A DNA stretch of 64,000 nucleotides from Vicugna vicugna (taxonomy: Eukaryota): the NCBI GenBank assembly GCA_013265495.1, contig MU058824.1:434001-498000 (forward strand). The letters run 5' to 3'. Of the stretch, positions 53,206-64,000 are shown in pieces (the first letter of the stretch is position 1; each line of letters opens with the position of its first letter). Made by a program: the position numbers and the translations under genes. The notes below the pieces were generated by a model that did no database searches, was not told the DNA's origin, and saw only the letters and a list, made by a program, of their open reading frames with translations.

Positions 53206-53395
53206 CAGTGGTTCTCAGACTTGAGTGTGCTCCAGAATCACTCAAACAACTTTCTAAAACACAGGTTGCTGGGTCCCATCTCCAGAGTTTCTGATTCAGC
53301 AGGCTTGGGTGGGGCCTGAGAATCTGCATTTCTAATGAGTTCCCAAGTGATGCTGATGCTGCAGGTCCATGATTCGCATACTTTAAAAACCACTA
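53206..53395. mobile_element. MER5A hAT-Charlie MITE (MIR follows at ~53410-53590)
   Basis: cagtggttctcagactt...gagtttctgattcag...gggcctgagaatctgcatttctaa...aaaaccact; terminal inverted repeats. Confidence 0.85.
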
Positions 53396-56300
53396 GGATA
53401 TATATATACTGTAGGATTAAGGGCACAACTTTTGGTCAGATGTCCCCTGTTCAAATCCCAGCACTATCACTTCCTACCCTTGGACAAATTACTCAAGCTC
53501 TCTGGGCATCAGTATTGTCATCTGCCAATTGAGGATAATGATATACCTCATAGAGCTGAAGTAAGGATAAAATGAGATTGTGTCTGTAGAATACAAGGGG
53601 AAATTTGTTAAAGTCTTCCTGATCTTCTCAAGAAAGCTTAATTTCCATCTTTCTTTCCTATCAAAAAATATATTAAGCTTTTTTCTATGATGCTTGAAAA
53701 TTCTAGGGGGCTAAAACATTAAATCTCTCCCAGTACTCATTCATTCAATTTTTATTTTGCTCAGAAATAAAACTTTCATGCTAGCTTTCTTTTCTAACCC
53801 AAAGAGGCATCAAGTGCCAGCAATAATAATATCCAATTTGTCTGGACTTCTGTCATTGTTTCTATTTGGGACAATATCCCAACACCTTCTATTCTTGCCT
53901 GAAAGTCTATGCTAGCAGATAAATCACAGGTTTATCAAACTCCAGAGCTTGATGAGTTGAGTAGAGGGAAAATAGTCAACAGGTCTCCTCTCTCTCAGCC
54001 CCAAAATAATATTATCAAGATGGTAGAGGTTGCCAGGATTACTGCCATTTCTATACTCTTAAGAGTGATCTCGAGGCCTCAGGGAAATATTTTTTAATGC
54101 TCCTTTCTAAAAAGGTTGGATATTGAAGCTGTATGACTTCTAAAAATTAAGTGAAATTTAAAAATATTTTAGTATTTGTTTCACAAAAGTCTTGTGGAAT
54201 AACTGGATAAAGAACCACAAAACAAAAGGAAGCCTGATTATTTGAACTGTAATGTTCCCCATCACTGCGCCTGCCAGTACTTGAGGCTTGTCTCACCCTG
54301 GACGGTGGTCCACATCTGTAAGGGCATACTGACATCAGTTAGCTTGCTTAAATATAGGCAGGGAAATAAGGCAGAGCGCAGACCAGTCCCTACCCTGGGA
54401 TCAATAGTTAGCTCGCTTTCTTTTTATGCCTTCTTCTTCCCCCATTTTGCTTGATTTGAATCTCAAACTCTGCCTGTAAGTTCAAATTCTATTCCTTGAG
54501 TAAGGAGGACTCAATGATACAACAATTACAGTTAGGCAGCAAACTGGTGCCAGAGTTGTCTATTTCTGTCCATGGGATGCCAAATTATACTCCATTGAGA
54601 GCTGAATCTGGTCACTAGTTGTCCACTATGTCCTTGGCTCTTTATACTGGGACAAACCATGCACACACAACCTTACCCCAGTATAGGACACCACACTCCT
54701 AACAACCATGGTGGCTCAGAAGCCTCCTCACCTCTATCTACAAACTTCCCCTTTTCGCTACTGATTTACTTATGTTTGCTTGCATCTGCCTAGGCCTCCC
54801 AAATCAGACAACCATCAAACTTCCTTCCTGACATTTTATATTTTGGCTCCTCATATGTGTTCTCAGCACCCCTTTAACAGTGAGTTAAATCATTTATGGG
54901 GGACATAGTAGTGCTTCTCAAACTAGAGTAATGTACATACTTTTCCCTTTTTGAAGGAAAAGAATTCTCAAAACACTCTAAGAACACATCTATGGATTTT
55001 AAAAAATACTGAATTAGATCCCCTTATCTGCCTGAAAAACATTAACTCAATCTTAATGAGCAGTTATAGGAGCACCTAAGATTCTGGAAAAAGTGATTTA
55101 TTAAGTTAATATTTTTCAAGTAGAATGCAATTTGGGCAATTGAAGTCAAAACTAATGAAAACTGTTTTTCCCTTGCTGGTAGTCGTGCAGTTTTATTAAC
55201 ATGTTTGGAAAGCTACAGGTTTAAGAAGCTAATGCCAGATCTCCAGGTATTTCCCTTTACTCTTCACTCTCTAAATTCCAACCAGCTTTCAAGGCCAGCC
55301 CTAGTCTTAGATCCTGACCAATCCATGTAACATTGAGCTATCCTGGTTCTGAACTCCAGAGGTATGTAATCTATATTCCTTACTCACATACAATCATATA
55401 CACAGAAAAGCCCAGAAACAAACGTACAAACACAATGATATACAGGCAGAGTATATTGGCCTATTGCAGGCAATAAACAGAGTAGGTAAATACGGTGTTG
55501 ACATCAGAGGATTCAGCAATAGGAAAGGGACTACAGGAACTACAGTACTAAAATATCAAAGGTACCAATGGTGGCAAAAGTAGAATTCCAGGCAAAGAGG
55601 GAATCAAATGAGGGAGAGACAGAAGCAGGAATGCAGTGGGTCAGTGGTAGGAAGGGGGATGCAAAATAGTTGACAATATCTCATTTAGTCCTCCCATCAA
55701 TTTACAAAGCTCACTGCTGTCAACATCCAGAAGGTCACATAGATAATAAACGGAGAAATCTGATACTTCATTACAGCTCAGTTTTTATGCATTGGGAATA
55801 AAACTGGATTATGAAAGCCACAGGGAATAAGGTAAAAATTAGAGACAAAACTGGACTAACAGCAAGGGCGACATGCTACTGAGCAAAGGGCCCAGAGTTC
55901 TTTAAATTCCCCTCGACTAGAAAGAGAGCTGGTTCCACAGTTATAGGAAGAGAAGAGGACACGAGTAATAAAGGTCAAAGAAAAACAAAGCAGGGTGCCT
56001 AGTTGATAAATTTATTAGCATCTTTTGGACCACACCTGGATCTCTCAGTGACCATGCAGGTGCTTTTTTATTGTGGTAAAAATATGTATATAACACAAAT
56101 TTTACAATTTTTAAGGGTACATTCAGTAACATTAAGTACATTAACAATGTTGTGTAACTATCTTGACTGTCCTATGGGTTCTTTTTTATTCTATTCTCTA
56201 TTTTTCCTTGAATTTAGCACAGTACTATGCACACAGAAAGCACTCCATAAATACACGGTTAATTTGACTAGATACTATCACGTCCATGTGATGATAATGA

Positions 56301-57607
56301 GAGGATGTGGTCACTCTAGCTACGTTCCCAAGTCATTTGGTGTCTAAATGGAGTTTCTGTTGAGTCCTTAACCATGTGGTCATGAGAACTCAGTCACCCT
56401 GGGAACAGTAATCAGGGGTTCTCCTTTGAGCTTTTGCCTAATAGCACTCCATCTCATGTCCTTAAACAAACTATTATAAATAGGACATTTGTACAGAGCC
56501 ATGGCTATTTCCAAAGTTCTTCTGCACAAATCTTCCTTAGATTAGGGGTTAGGAGCTACTTACATAACCCAATCAGATATATAACTTATTAATCCTAATT
56601 TTCCTTTCATGTGCTTATACCATTGGAAGGGAAATGTATTCATTTTGAATGAGAAAAACTGTGTCCATATTTAGTTTGTTTTTAAAATCAACTTTATTGA
56701 GGTATAATTTAAATACACTGTAGCTCACATATTGTAATGTGTATTTATCAATGATTTTTGGCAAATGTACATATTTATGTAACCGTACATGTACATATTT
56801 TACAAACTGCATTAGATCAGATTATGAGTTACAATAATTGAATAAATCTTGATTTTAGAAACAACAAATATTTGGGGATTTTTATTGTATCATTCCCTTT
56901 TATGTGCAAATATATTAACAGATTGTACACATAGCTAATCCAGAAACTTCAAACATTTTGCTTCTTCTGACTTAGAAGCATAAAAAAATAAAATACTTAA
57001 AACTTGTATTCAATTATAAGCATTACATTTCAAGAAAAAATCCACAAACTAGAAAACAAGCACGGTAAGTGGCTAGTTACTGAAAAGGCTAGAAATCTAG
57101 AAATCATATTCTAGAAGGAAGACATTAGAGAATCATTAGAGAAGAAAATATGGTGAGCTGTTCTAGGGTGAGAATAGATAAGGTTGATCTCAGTAAGTTG
57201 AAAAACTTTTACATGGAAAAAAGACCAAACTTTTACAGAACATGGTTACAGAGGACAAAAGTACCAGAGGAAAGTTATTATGGTCAGTTTACTTTACATA
57301 AAGAAGAACTTCCAAGAGTCAGAGCTTCCAAATGGAAAGGATGTATCCCTGAACAGTAATTGTTCAAAAAGAGGCATAAGATCATCGATTTGAGAAGTTG
57401 GGGCAAGAGTAGGATTAGATTAGATGACCTCTTAAGCCTTCTCCAATTCCAATTCTGAGATTGTGTGATATAGGAACTTGTTTATAATTTAAAGCCAGAT
57501 GTCAGGGAAACCATAACTTAAAGATGCACAACCCCTAAATCATGGTTTGATCAAGAACAACGAACTAAGCCCAGACAGAGCATAAGCAGAAACAGGCTTG
57601 CATTTGT

Positions 57608-57683
57608 ACACACACACACACACACACACTCACACTCCCCCAACAGACACACACACACTCTCTCTCTCTCTCTCTCTCTCTCA
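57608..57683. repeat. Compound (CA)n/(CT)n microsatellite in STX17 intron 6
   Basis: Read directly. Confidence 0.9.
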
Positions 57684-57879
57684 TAACTCCTGGAAAGGAA
57701 AAATTAGAATAACTGAAAATATGTTCTGTCTTTCCCACCGTATCTACTTTATGTTCCTTAATCTATGTTAACAGTATCACTGGTTACTGGATTATGTAGA
57801 TGAAGCCTTAATGTTTATTTTCTTTGACTTTTCCATCTTTCTGAAATTTCTACTAAGCCTACCCCCGAAATACCTCTTA

Positions 57880-58600
57880 GCTGTCCTTTACCTTTATACT
57901 TGTACTGCCATTGCTCTCAGTGAATTCCTGCAACTGACTCCTATGTAGTCCTTCTGTCCATAATCTCCTCCTCCCCAAGACCATTATTCACACTGCTAAT
58001 AATGCTTCTTTTTGAAGCACAGACTGGACCACATCACTCTCATCTGCTCGAAAGTCTACTAGCTCCTTAACGCCTATAAAGTAAAGTTCAAATTCTTCAG
58101 GATGGCCTTCAACAGATCTCAATCTCTCGGCTTAGTTTGCCCATGGTACCTTATACCTTGGTTAAGCTGTAATACTTGTCATTCCTGAAAGGCTACAGGC
58201 TCTCTACTCCATGTCTTTTGTTCAGGTATCTTTAAATGCAACCCTTCATTCCCATCTGTGGAAATTTTACTCGATTTTCAAGGCTCAAGCAAATGCTGCC
58301 TATCTTGTGACGCTTTGCTTAATGCTTCTACTTCACAACTCTGCCTCCCTCCCTTGGAATTAAATGCTTTTCCTTGGAGCTGATACTTCTTTTCATACCT
58401 TATTTTTGCATTTAACAACCATGCTTGAAATCTGTTTTTGGGGTCCAAGCTTATGGTCGCCCACTGTAAATCCTTAAAGGCAGAGAGCAAGTTTCATTTA
58501 CTGCTTTATCCAATCTTGTCAGAACCCCAATGCCAAGGATCTAAGACAGTACCTTTTATATAAAAAGTGCTTAATACAATTTTGTTGAATTGAACTGGGA
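57880..58600 (+). mobile_element. L2 LINE fragment
   Basis: gaccacatcactctcatctgctc...taaatccttaaaggcagagagc...ttgttgaattgaa tail. Confidence 0.65.
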
Positions 58601-58752
58601 TTTGAGAACAGTTAGACTTCTGTCCATGTCTCAATATCAGTCTTAAAAATTGTAAATTCTATTAAAATTCTAATCAAAAGCCTAGCAATTGATAAAAAGC
58701 CTCTTATCCTATTAATCTAATATCTCTGAGTCAAAAACAGTTATATACTTAC

Positions 58753-58803
58753 ATTCACCAGGAGAGAGAAATCAGTGACCAGTTGGCTAAGTTCAATTAA
58801 GTC
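58753..58803 (-). CDS. STX17: STX17 coding exon 6
   Basis: ctctttttaag|GAC...AAT|gtaagt; 51 nt; DLIELSQLVTDFSLLVN. Confidence 0.96.
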
Positions 58804-58882
58804 CTTAAAAAGAGAGAGAGAAAGGAAAGTTACTTACTTTCATGCCTCACAGCCACCAAAAGGAAAGTAACTTTTAACATAC

Positions 58883-58998
58883 CGCTTCTAAGGTTTCCCA
58901 TGATTCTGCAGCATTTTGATCTCGAGGAATTTCAGGTAACGCATATATCTGAGTCATACTCTGAGGATCAGCTTCATCTTCAGCAGTGTGAAATGTTC
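58883..58998 (-). CDS. STX17: STX17 coding exon 5
   Basis: ttcatccag|GA...GCG|gtatgt; 116 nt; (G)TFHTAEDEADPQSMTQIYALPEIPRDQNAAESWETLEA. Confidence 0.96.
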
Positions 58999-59676
58999 CT
59001 GGATGAACATAGCCTCATGTTTAGAGTTTATCTGCTTTTTTAGAAAGATGATAGCATAAATCAATTCCATAAAACAATTACCATGTGAAATGCTTATTAA
59101 CCGAATTCAGGCTAAAAGTAAATTGATTTATCTATGGGCAGGTTAGCTAACAAATGTTTTTTTCTTTAATTATTCTACGAAGTCATCTTAAAAAATGGCC
59201 ACAAATACTACCTAGCAATCTGAATAATTAGGGCTAGATGTGGAAGGAGCCAAAGTAGAACTATTTTATTTGGCCAATGTTCCATAAAGAGATACCCAGT
59301 AGACGTAAGCTTAACACTTTTCATTGCTAATTAATTAATCTTTTCTTTGGCTATTTTAGTAATAATGATCAGATCCACAAGATGTTGTAAGTAGGGAAGT
59401 GATGTGTTTTTAGCAATGAAAATCAGTCATTTTTGCTAACAATAAATGTGTCGTCAAACTAACACCTCTTACCATATGTATCTTTCTGTCCATACCATCA
59501 CCCTTCTCCTCAGAGTAATTTTTCTGGCTCATGCCTCTACTGCTTCTATGGCTTTTCTGAATTTTAAAAAGCCATCAACCCACTAAGCCTTTCCTCATCA
59601 AACACTGCTATAAAGATGAATTAACTGACACTCCAAACTCCACCTTCAAGTCTTTATGTCCTTCTGTTGGTTTTAC

Positions 59677-60600
59677 CAATCATTCATTCATTAAACTTAT
59701 ATTTATAAAATGCCTATGATGTGCCAATAAGCGTGCCAAGGTAAACCGTAAAACGGTTTCAAGGAGTCAACAAAGCAGAGTGGTTAGGAGTATAGGCCTG
59801 GTCAGAAAGACCTGGGTTATAATCCTAGTTTGTCTACTGACTAGCTCTTTGACTTGGGGAGGCATGTCATCTCGGACTTATTTTCTCATTTGTAAAATAA
59901 GGTGATATTTATTTTGTACTGTGCCTAGCTTATATATCAAGTACAGGTGGTTAATAGTTACTGCTACTGCCACTGTCACTGCTGCTATCACTGATGGAAC
60001 TTACCATCTAATGTGTGACACAGACACGTTAGCAGGCAAATATATTACATTCTGATAAGAACTATGATATGGGTAAGAATTGAATGCTAGAGGAGCACAG
60101 AAGAGAGATACTCAACCCAGACTCATGGAGCAAGAGTGGTCTGAGAAGGTTCTGAAGCTGAAGCCTTGGAAACTATACATTAGAACTGGGGCAAGGGTGG
60201 AGGGGGAAGGAGAGAATACTCAGGCCCGGGAGAATAATCTGTGGATAAGTTTGGGAACTGAAAGGAGTCAGTAGAGCTGAAGCAGAGACTATGACAAAAG
60301 AAAGCAAAGGTTGAGGTGGAAAATCTAGGGTGACATCACTGATGGCAATGGAAACTACATTAAAGAGTTTTGTCTTTCTCAAAAGATCGATATTCACTAT
60401 TAAAAGGAGTTGGAGACTATTGGAAAGCTGAGGATGCCATAATCAGATTTCAGATTTAGAAAGGTAATCACTGCTAAAATGCAAAGAACAAATTAAGGAT
60501 GGAGTTCAAAGGCGAAAAAACTAGAGTGAAAAACCAGTTGGGAGGCAATGTGTCGTAAAATGATGATGACTCTCGGATAGTGGCAGTGGAAATGGAAAAA
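59677..60600 (-). mobile_element. L2 fragment with an inserted MIR (~59760-59905)
   Basis: cattcattcatt tail; gagtggttaggag...gacctgggttataatcctag...ttttctcatttgtaaaat. Confidence 0.65.
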
Positions 60601-61717
60601 AGAGATCTGAAGGTACTTTCTTTTTGTCTTCCTTACTGCAAGCTCCAAATACCTACCACTTTAATATTTTCTCAGCACCCATTATGTACTGTGTTGAGTA
60701 CCAGGGATTAAAAAAGTCAAGAATACAAAGTAACTGCTCTCAAGGAACTTACATTTTAGAACAGTAGACATACACAGAGACAATCCTAAAATAGTAAGAG
60801 TGCACTGATATCTAGATAAATAGATATAGATACACATACAGTATTTATGGGAGTTCTAAGCTAGGGGTGACATCTGACCTAACTTGGTCTGGTGTGCAGT
60901 TTATGGGACAGTTTCCTTAAAAAGGTGATCTTACTAAGCAAAGAAGAAAGGAAGGCAAATTCTAGATAGAGAAACCAGCATGAAAAAGGTCCTCAAAGAG
61001 AAAACAATATAGCAGTTCGGTTTTCCCAAAGCATAAAGTAAAAGACATACAGTTACAGGTATAAGACATTATATACTGTCTATTATATACTGGTTAGGAG
61101 GAAACTTGCAGGCCAGTTAAAGACTGGTCTTTCATTTTCACTTCAATCAAAGTGATTAATTACTCTAAGACCTTTCTTCTGCTGAATATTCCTTTGGCAA
61201 TAAGAACTCCAACTTCTTTAATAGGATGATGAATAATAATTTTTATCATTAACAAGTCAAATGTAAAGAAGAACTTTATAAACATTACACCACTGTAAAG
61301 ATTTTTTTAAGCCGTAACTTTTGTACTTTTAGAGAGGATTCCAATGAAGTATGCTAGGTTATATAACAAAATGAGAGATTACCATACATAAATTCTTGAT
61401 CTGAAAAAATGAGGTGATGGGAAATGTTTGACATTTTAAGCAAACAAAAGATTTCCCTCAGTGAAAAATAAGAAATGTTTAAGTCATTTATGTTTCACTT
61501 GAAACCAAACTGCGTATGCATCTTAGTTCAAATAGAGTTTTAGAACAAAGAAATCTATTCTCTTCCATGGAAAATCCTGCTGTAAACTTACAACTCAGAA
61601 CATCACTAATCAATATGAGGCATGACTAACAATTAAGAAAGGAAACCCTTTAATTTCTACAACTTCCATAATTCATGTATTCCAGCTTACATTAAAAAAT
61701 CTTAGTGCTCATCCATT

Positions 61718-61781
61718 GACTTTGAACTTTTGCAAGTTGCTACAGACACGACTTTGAACTTTTACAAGTTGCTACAGACAT
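61718..61781. repeat. 32-bp tandem duplication (2 copies)
   Basis: gactttgaacttttgcaagttgctacagacac / gactttgaacttttacaagttgctacagacat; 2 mismatches. Confidence 0.95.
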
Positions 61782-64000
61782 GATGAGGCAAAACACTGAG
61801 CCAGATTATAGCTGCAGGAAAGATGGCTAAAAAGAATTTTTATACTGTCCACATAAGTCAAAGTTGCTATTGTGTTTTATGACATAATCTCAGCTCCATC
61901 CACCTGCAAATGACTGCAAGTGTGAAGGGCATGTGGCACATACATATCACTCATCAGTGTTTTTCAAAGAACACAGATATAAGACTTTTTCCTTCTCTCT
62001 GTGTCTAAACATATTCTTTCCCTGCCCTCCCTTGACCTTTCTCCACACTTTATGAAGAGTAATGATTCTAATAAGAACTACAATGTAATATTAAGGAATT
62101 TCCACTAAATTTAACTACATTAGGAAAAATTCCATTATAAATCTAGGTTAATTCAAAGGCATTTCTTGAATTCTTTCATGTTCTGACAGTGTTAACATGA
62201 GTGAAATTATTTTATTGATCATCTACATAAACCTACCTATCAAAACAAAATGACTTCTAAGTCATGATTAACTTGGCTGCAAAGGAGGATTTTTAAGAAA
62301 ATAATTAAAACCAATAGAAAACACACCTTCTAAATAATACACAGAAGCACTACATGATTCACAAAACTGTTCAATATATGTGTATATATTCCTGTGATAA
62401 AATCTGGTTATTTCATCAAATTCAGTATGCTGGCCTGAAGTTCCCAGCAGTTTTAAGATTAGATTCTTTTCTTTTGTGAATATGTATATAAAATGTAATA
62501 AGATTCTGTTTCCACTGCACTTGTGAAGTGTATGTGCTGGATGGGGAGTGAGAAAGACAGAGGAGAGAAGCACTGATTTGCTCTGTATGACCTGATATAA
62601 CTTTCTAAATACAAATCAAATTTGTATGCTCATCACCTCTCTTGGAAGGAAGGAATATGTTAAAAATGAAACTAGACACGCAAGAGAGACAGAAGGGAGT
62701 TCCTGAGATCAAGCAAGATTGGCAGAGAAGATCTGCTTTAGGAACTCTCAGAATCTGGACAAAAGTAATAGCAAAATCATCACAGCTCTCCCTTGAACTT
62801 AATAGGCTTCTTTCATTCTCCTGAGAACATAAAACATCCCATTCTAATTGTTATTTCTATCTGTAAATGAAAAACTATTTTTGTATTTTGATTTCACTCA
62901 TGGAAACGTGGCAACATTGCTCCTGAATCTCTGCTGATGTTTCCAAATAATTTATTTAGAATCGGATTGAATTATTAAAAGAAAAAGTATTTTAAGGCAC
63001 TTAACTTCTATGCAAATCAAACACTTTTTTTTTCTGTATAGGTCATCACTACTATTATGAGTAACTAAAGCAAAAATAAGAAAAAAACCACAGAGCACAG
63101 GATAAAAACATGTAGAATGACAAAAGAGTCTATAGCTAGAAGTCCACACATGGAGCAAAACCAATGCCTACCCCAATATTAAAGTCTTATGTAAATTAGT
63201 TGCTTTCTTTTCATTATTCTTCTCTTTCTCATCCTCTCAATTATTTGCTAATAATATTTCTGGACTTAAGGCAACCTAGTAGAAACTCTCACATTTGGTG
63301 AAATACTCAGGCACTGGGTGAGACAGTTAATTTTAACTGCTTAATGCTGGCAATGGATTCAAAGTTAAAGCACAATCTGACCAGCAGATCACACAGAATT
63401 TGAAACTATACACGTTGTTTTAGCTATAACTTAGGTATTTGATTTTATAAATGGAACGACTATCTCAATCAAATCAGCACTAGATACAGAGATTTAATTC
63501 TGTAGTTTCTCCCAATGGCAAGTGATTAATTCTGTAGCTAATTTGGTGTTTCATGAATTGAGAAGTTTGAGAATCAACAGAGATGGAAAACAAATTTCAC
63601 TTCCTCTGCCACAATCTTCATTTCCTTTATATACGTTTCCTCAAATTTTGCCAACATGTTTTTTTTTAAACACTGATCAGCTCCCTAAAGAGAAAGTTAG
63701 TTACCAGCAAAGTGGGTAAACTGCCCTTTTCTATTAATCACCCAATTCCTCTGATGATATATAAACCCAAGTTTGTTGAGCCCAAACTATCCTACTGGTA
63801 GAAACACAAACAATGCAATAGTAAAATGCAAATTAAAGCAAGTATTAGAATACTCAGATAAAACTCAAAATTTTAGTTTGCTATGGAATTGCTGGTGATG
63901 AGCAATTTAAAACTAAGTAACAAAAGAGACTGATGCCAGTGACTCCAGAAAATTCAGCATCTTAACTGTTATAACTTCCATCACAACTGTCAGTGTCTCA

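Noticed and set aside
51780..58752. Horse-type 4.6-kb tandem duplication in STX17 intron 6
   Set aside because: The intron is only 6973 nt and no long direct repeat is visible; a collapsed assembly cannot be excluded without read depth.
79..63719. Most six-frame ORFs (60-138 aa) as novel genes
   Set aside because: They are short, low-complexity or repeat-derived, lack recognisable domains, and are expected by chance in intronic DNA. The only informative ones overlap real exons or L1 ORF2.
1..64000. CRISPR arrays, tRNA/rRNA genes, CpG-island promoters, processed pseudogenes, foreign inserts
   Set aside because: None seen; both genes' promoters lie outside the window and the composition is uniformly mammalian.

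Overview
Mammalian genomic DNA: AT-rich, CpG-poor and repeat-rich. It is probably camelid, judged from the young L1 3'-ends and the absence of recognisable Alu, B1, Bov-tA, PRE1, SINEC or ERE SINEs. The window holds the 3' parts of two convergent genes. ERP44 (+ strand) contributes eight coding exons (human numbering 5-12, 13364-37085), ends in the RDEL ER-retrieval signal, and has a likely long 3'UTR to ~40.67 kb. STX17 (- strand) contributes four coding exons (human numbering 5-8, 58998-50717), covering the SNARE motif, the Gly-rich tandem TM hairpin and the KKCS end, with a likely 3'UTR to ~44.9 kb. All 12 exons have GT-AG boundaries and splice in frame. The rest is intron or intergenic DNA with L1, L2, L3/CR1, MIR, hAT, TcMar and LTR remnants; repeat boundaries and subfamily names are by eye and approximate. 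Nearly all ORF-track entries are spurious. No new protein-coding system was found. The best leads are regulatory and all untested: (1) a MITF E-box/M-box cluster in single-copy STX17 intron 6, the intron duplicated in Grey horses; (2) a CUG in strong Kozak context opening a 74-aa STX17 C-terminal frame; (3) a candidate 24-nt poison microexon and a recursive-splice-like site in ERP44 intron 4; (4) a 29-bp templated insertion in a (TA)n tract; (5) an EY->GH change in the ERP44 regulatory C-tail.
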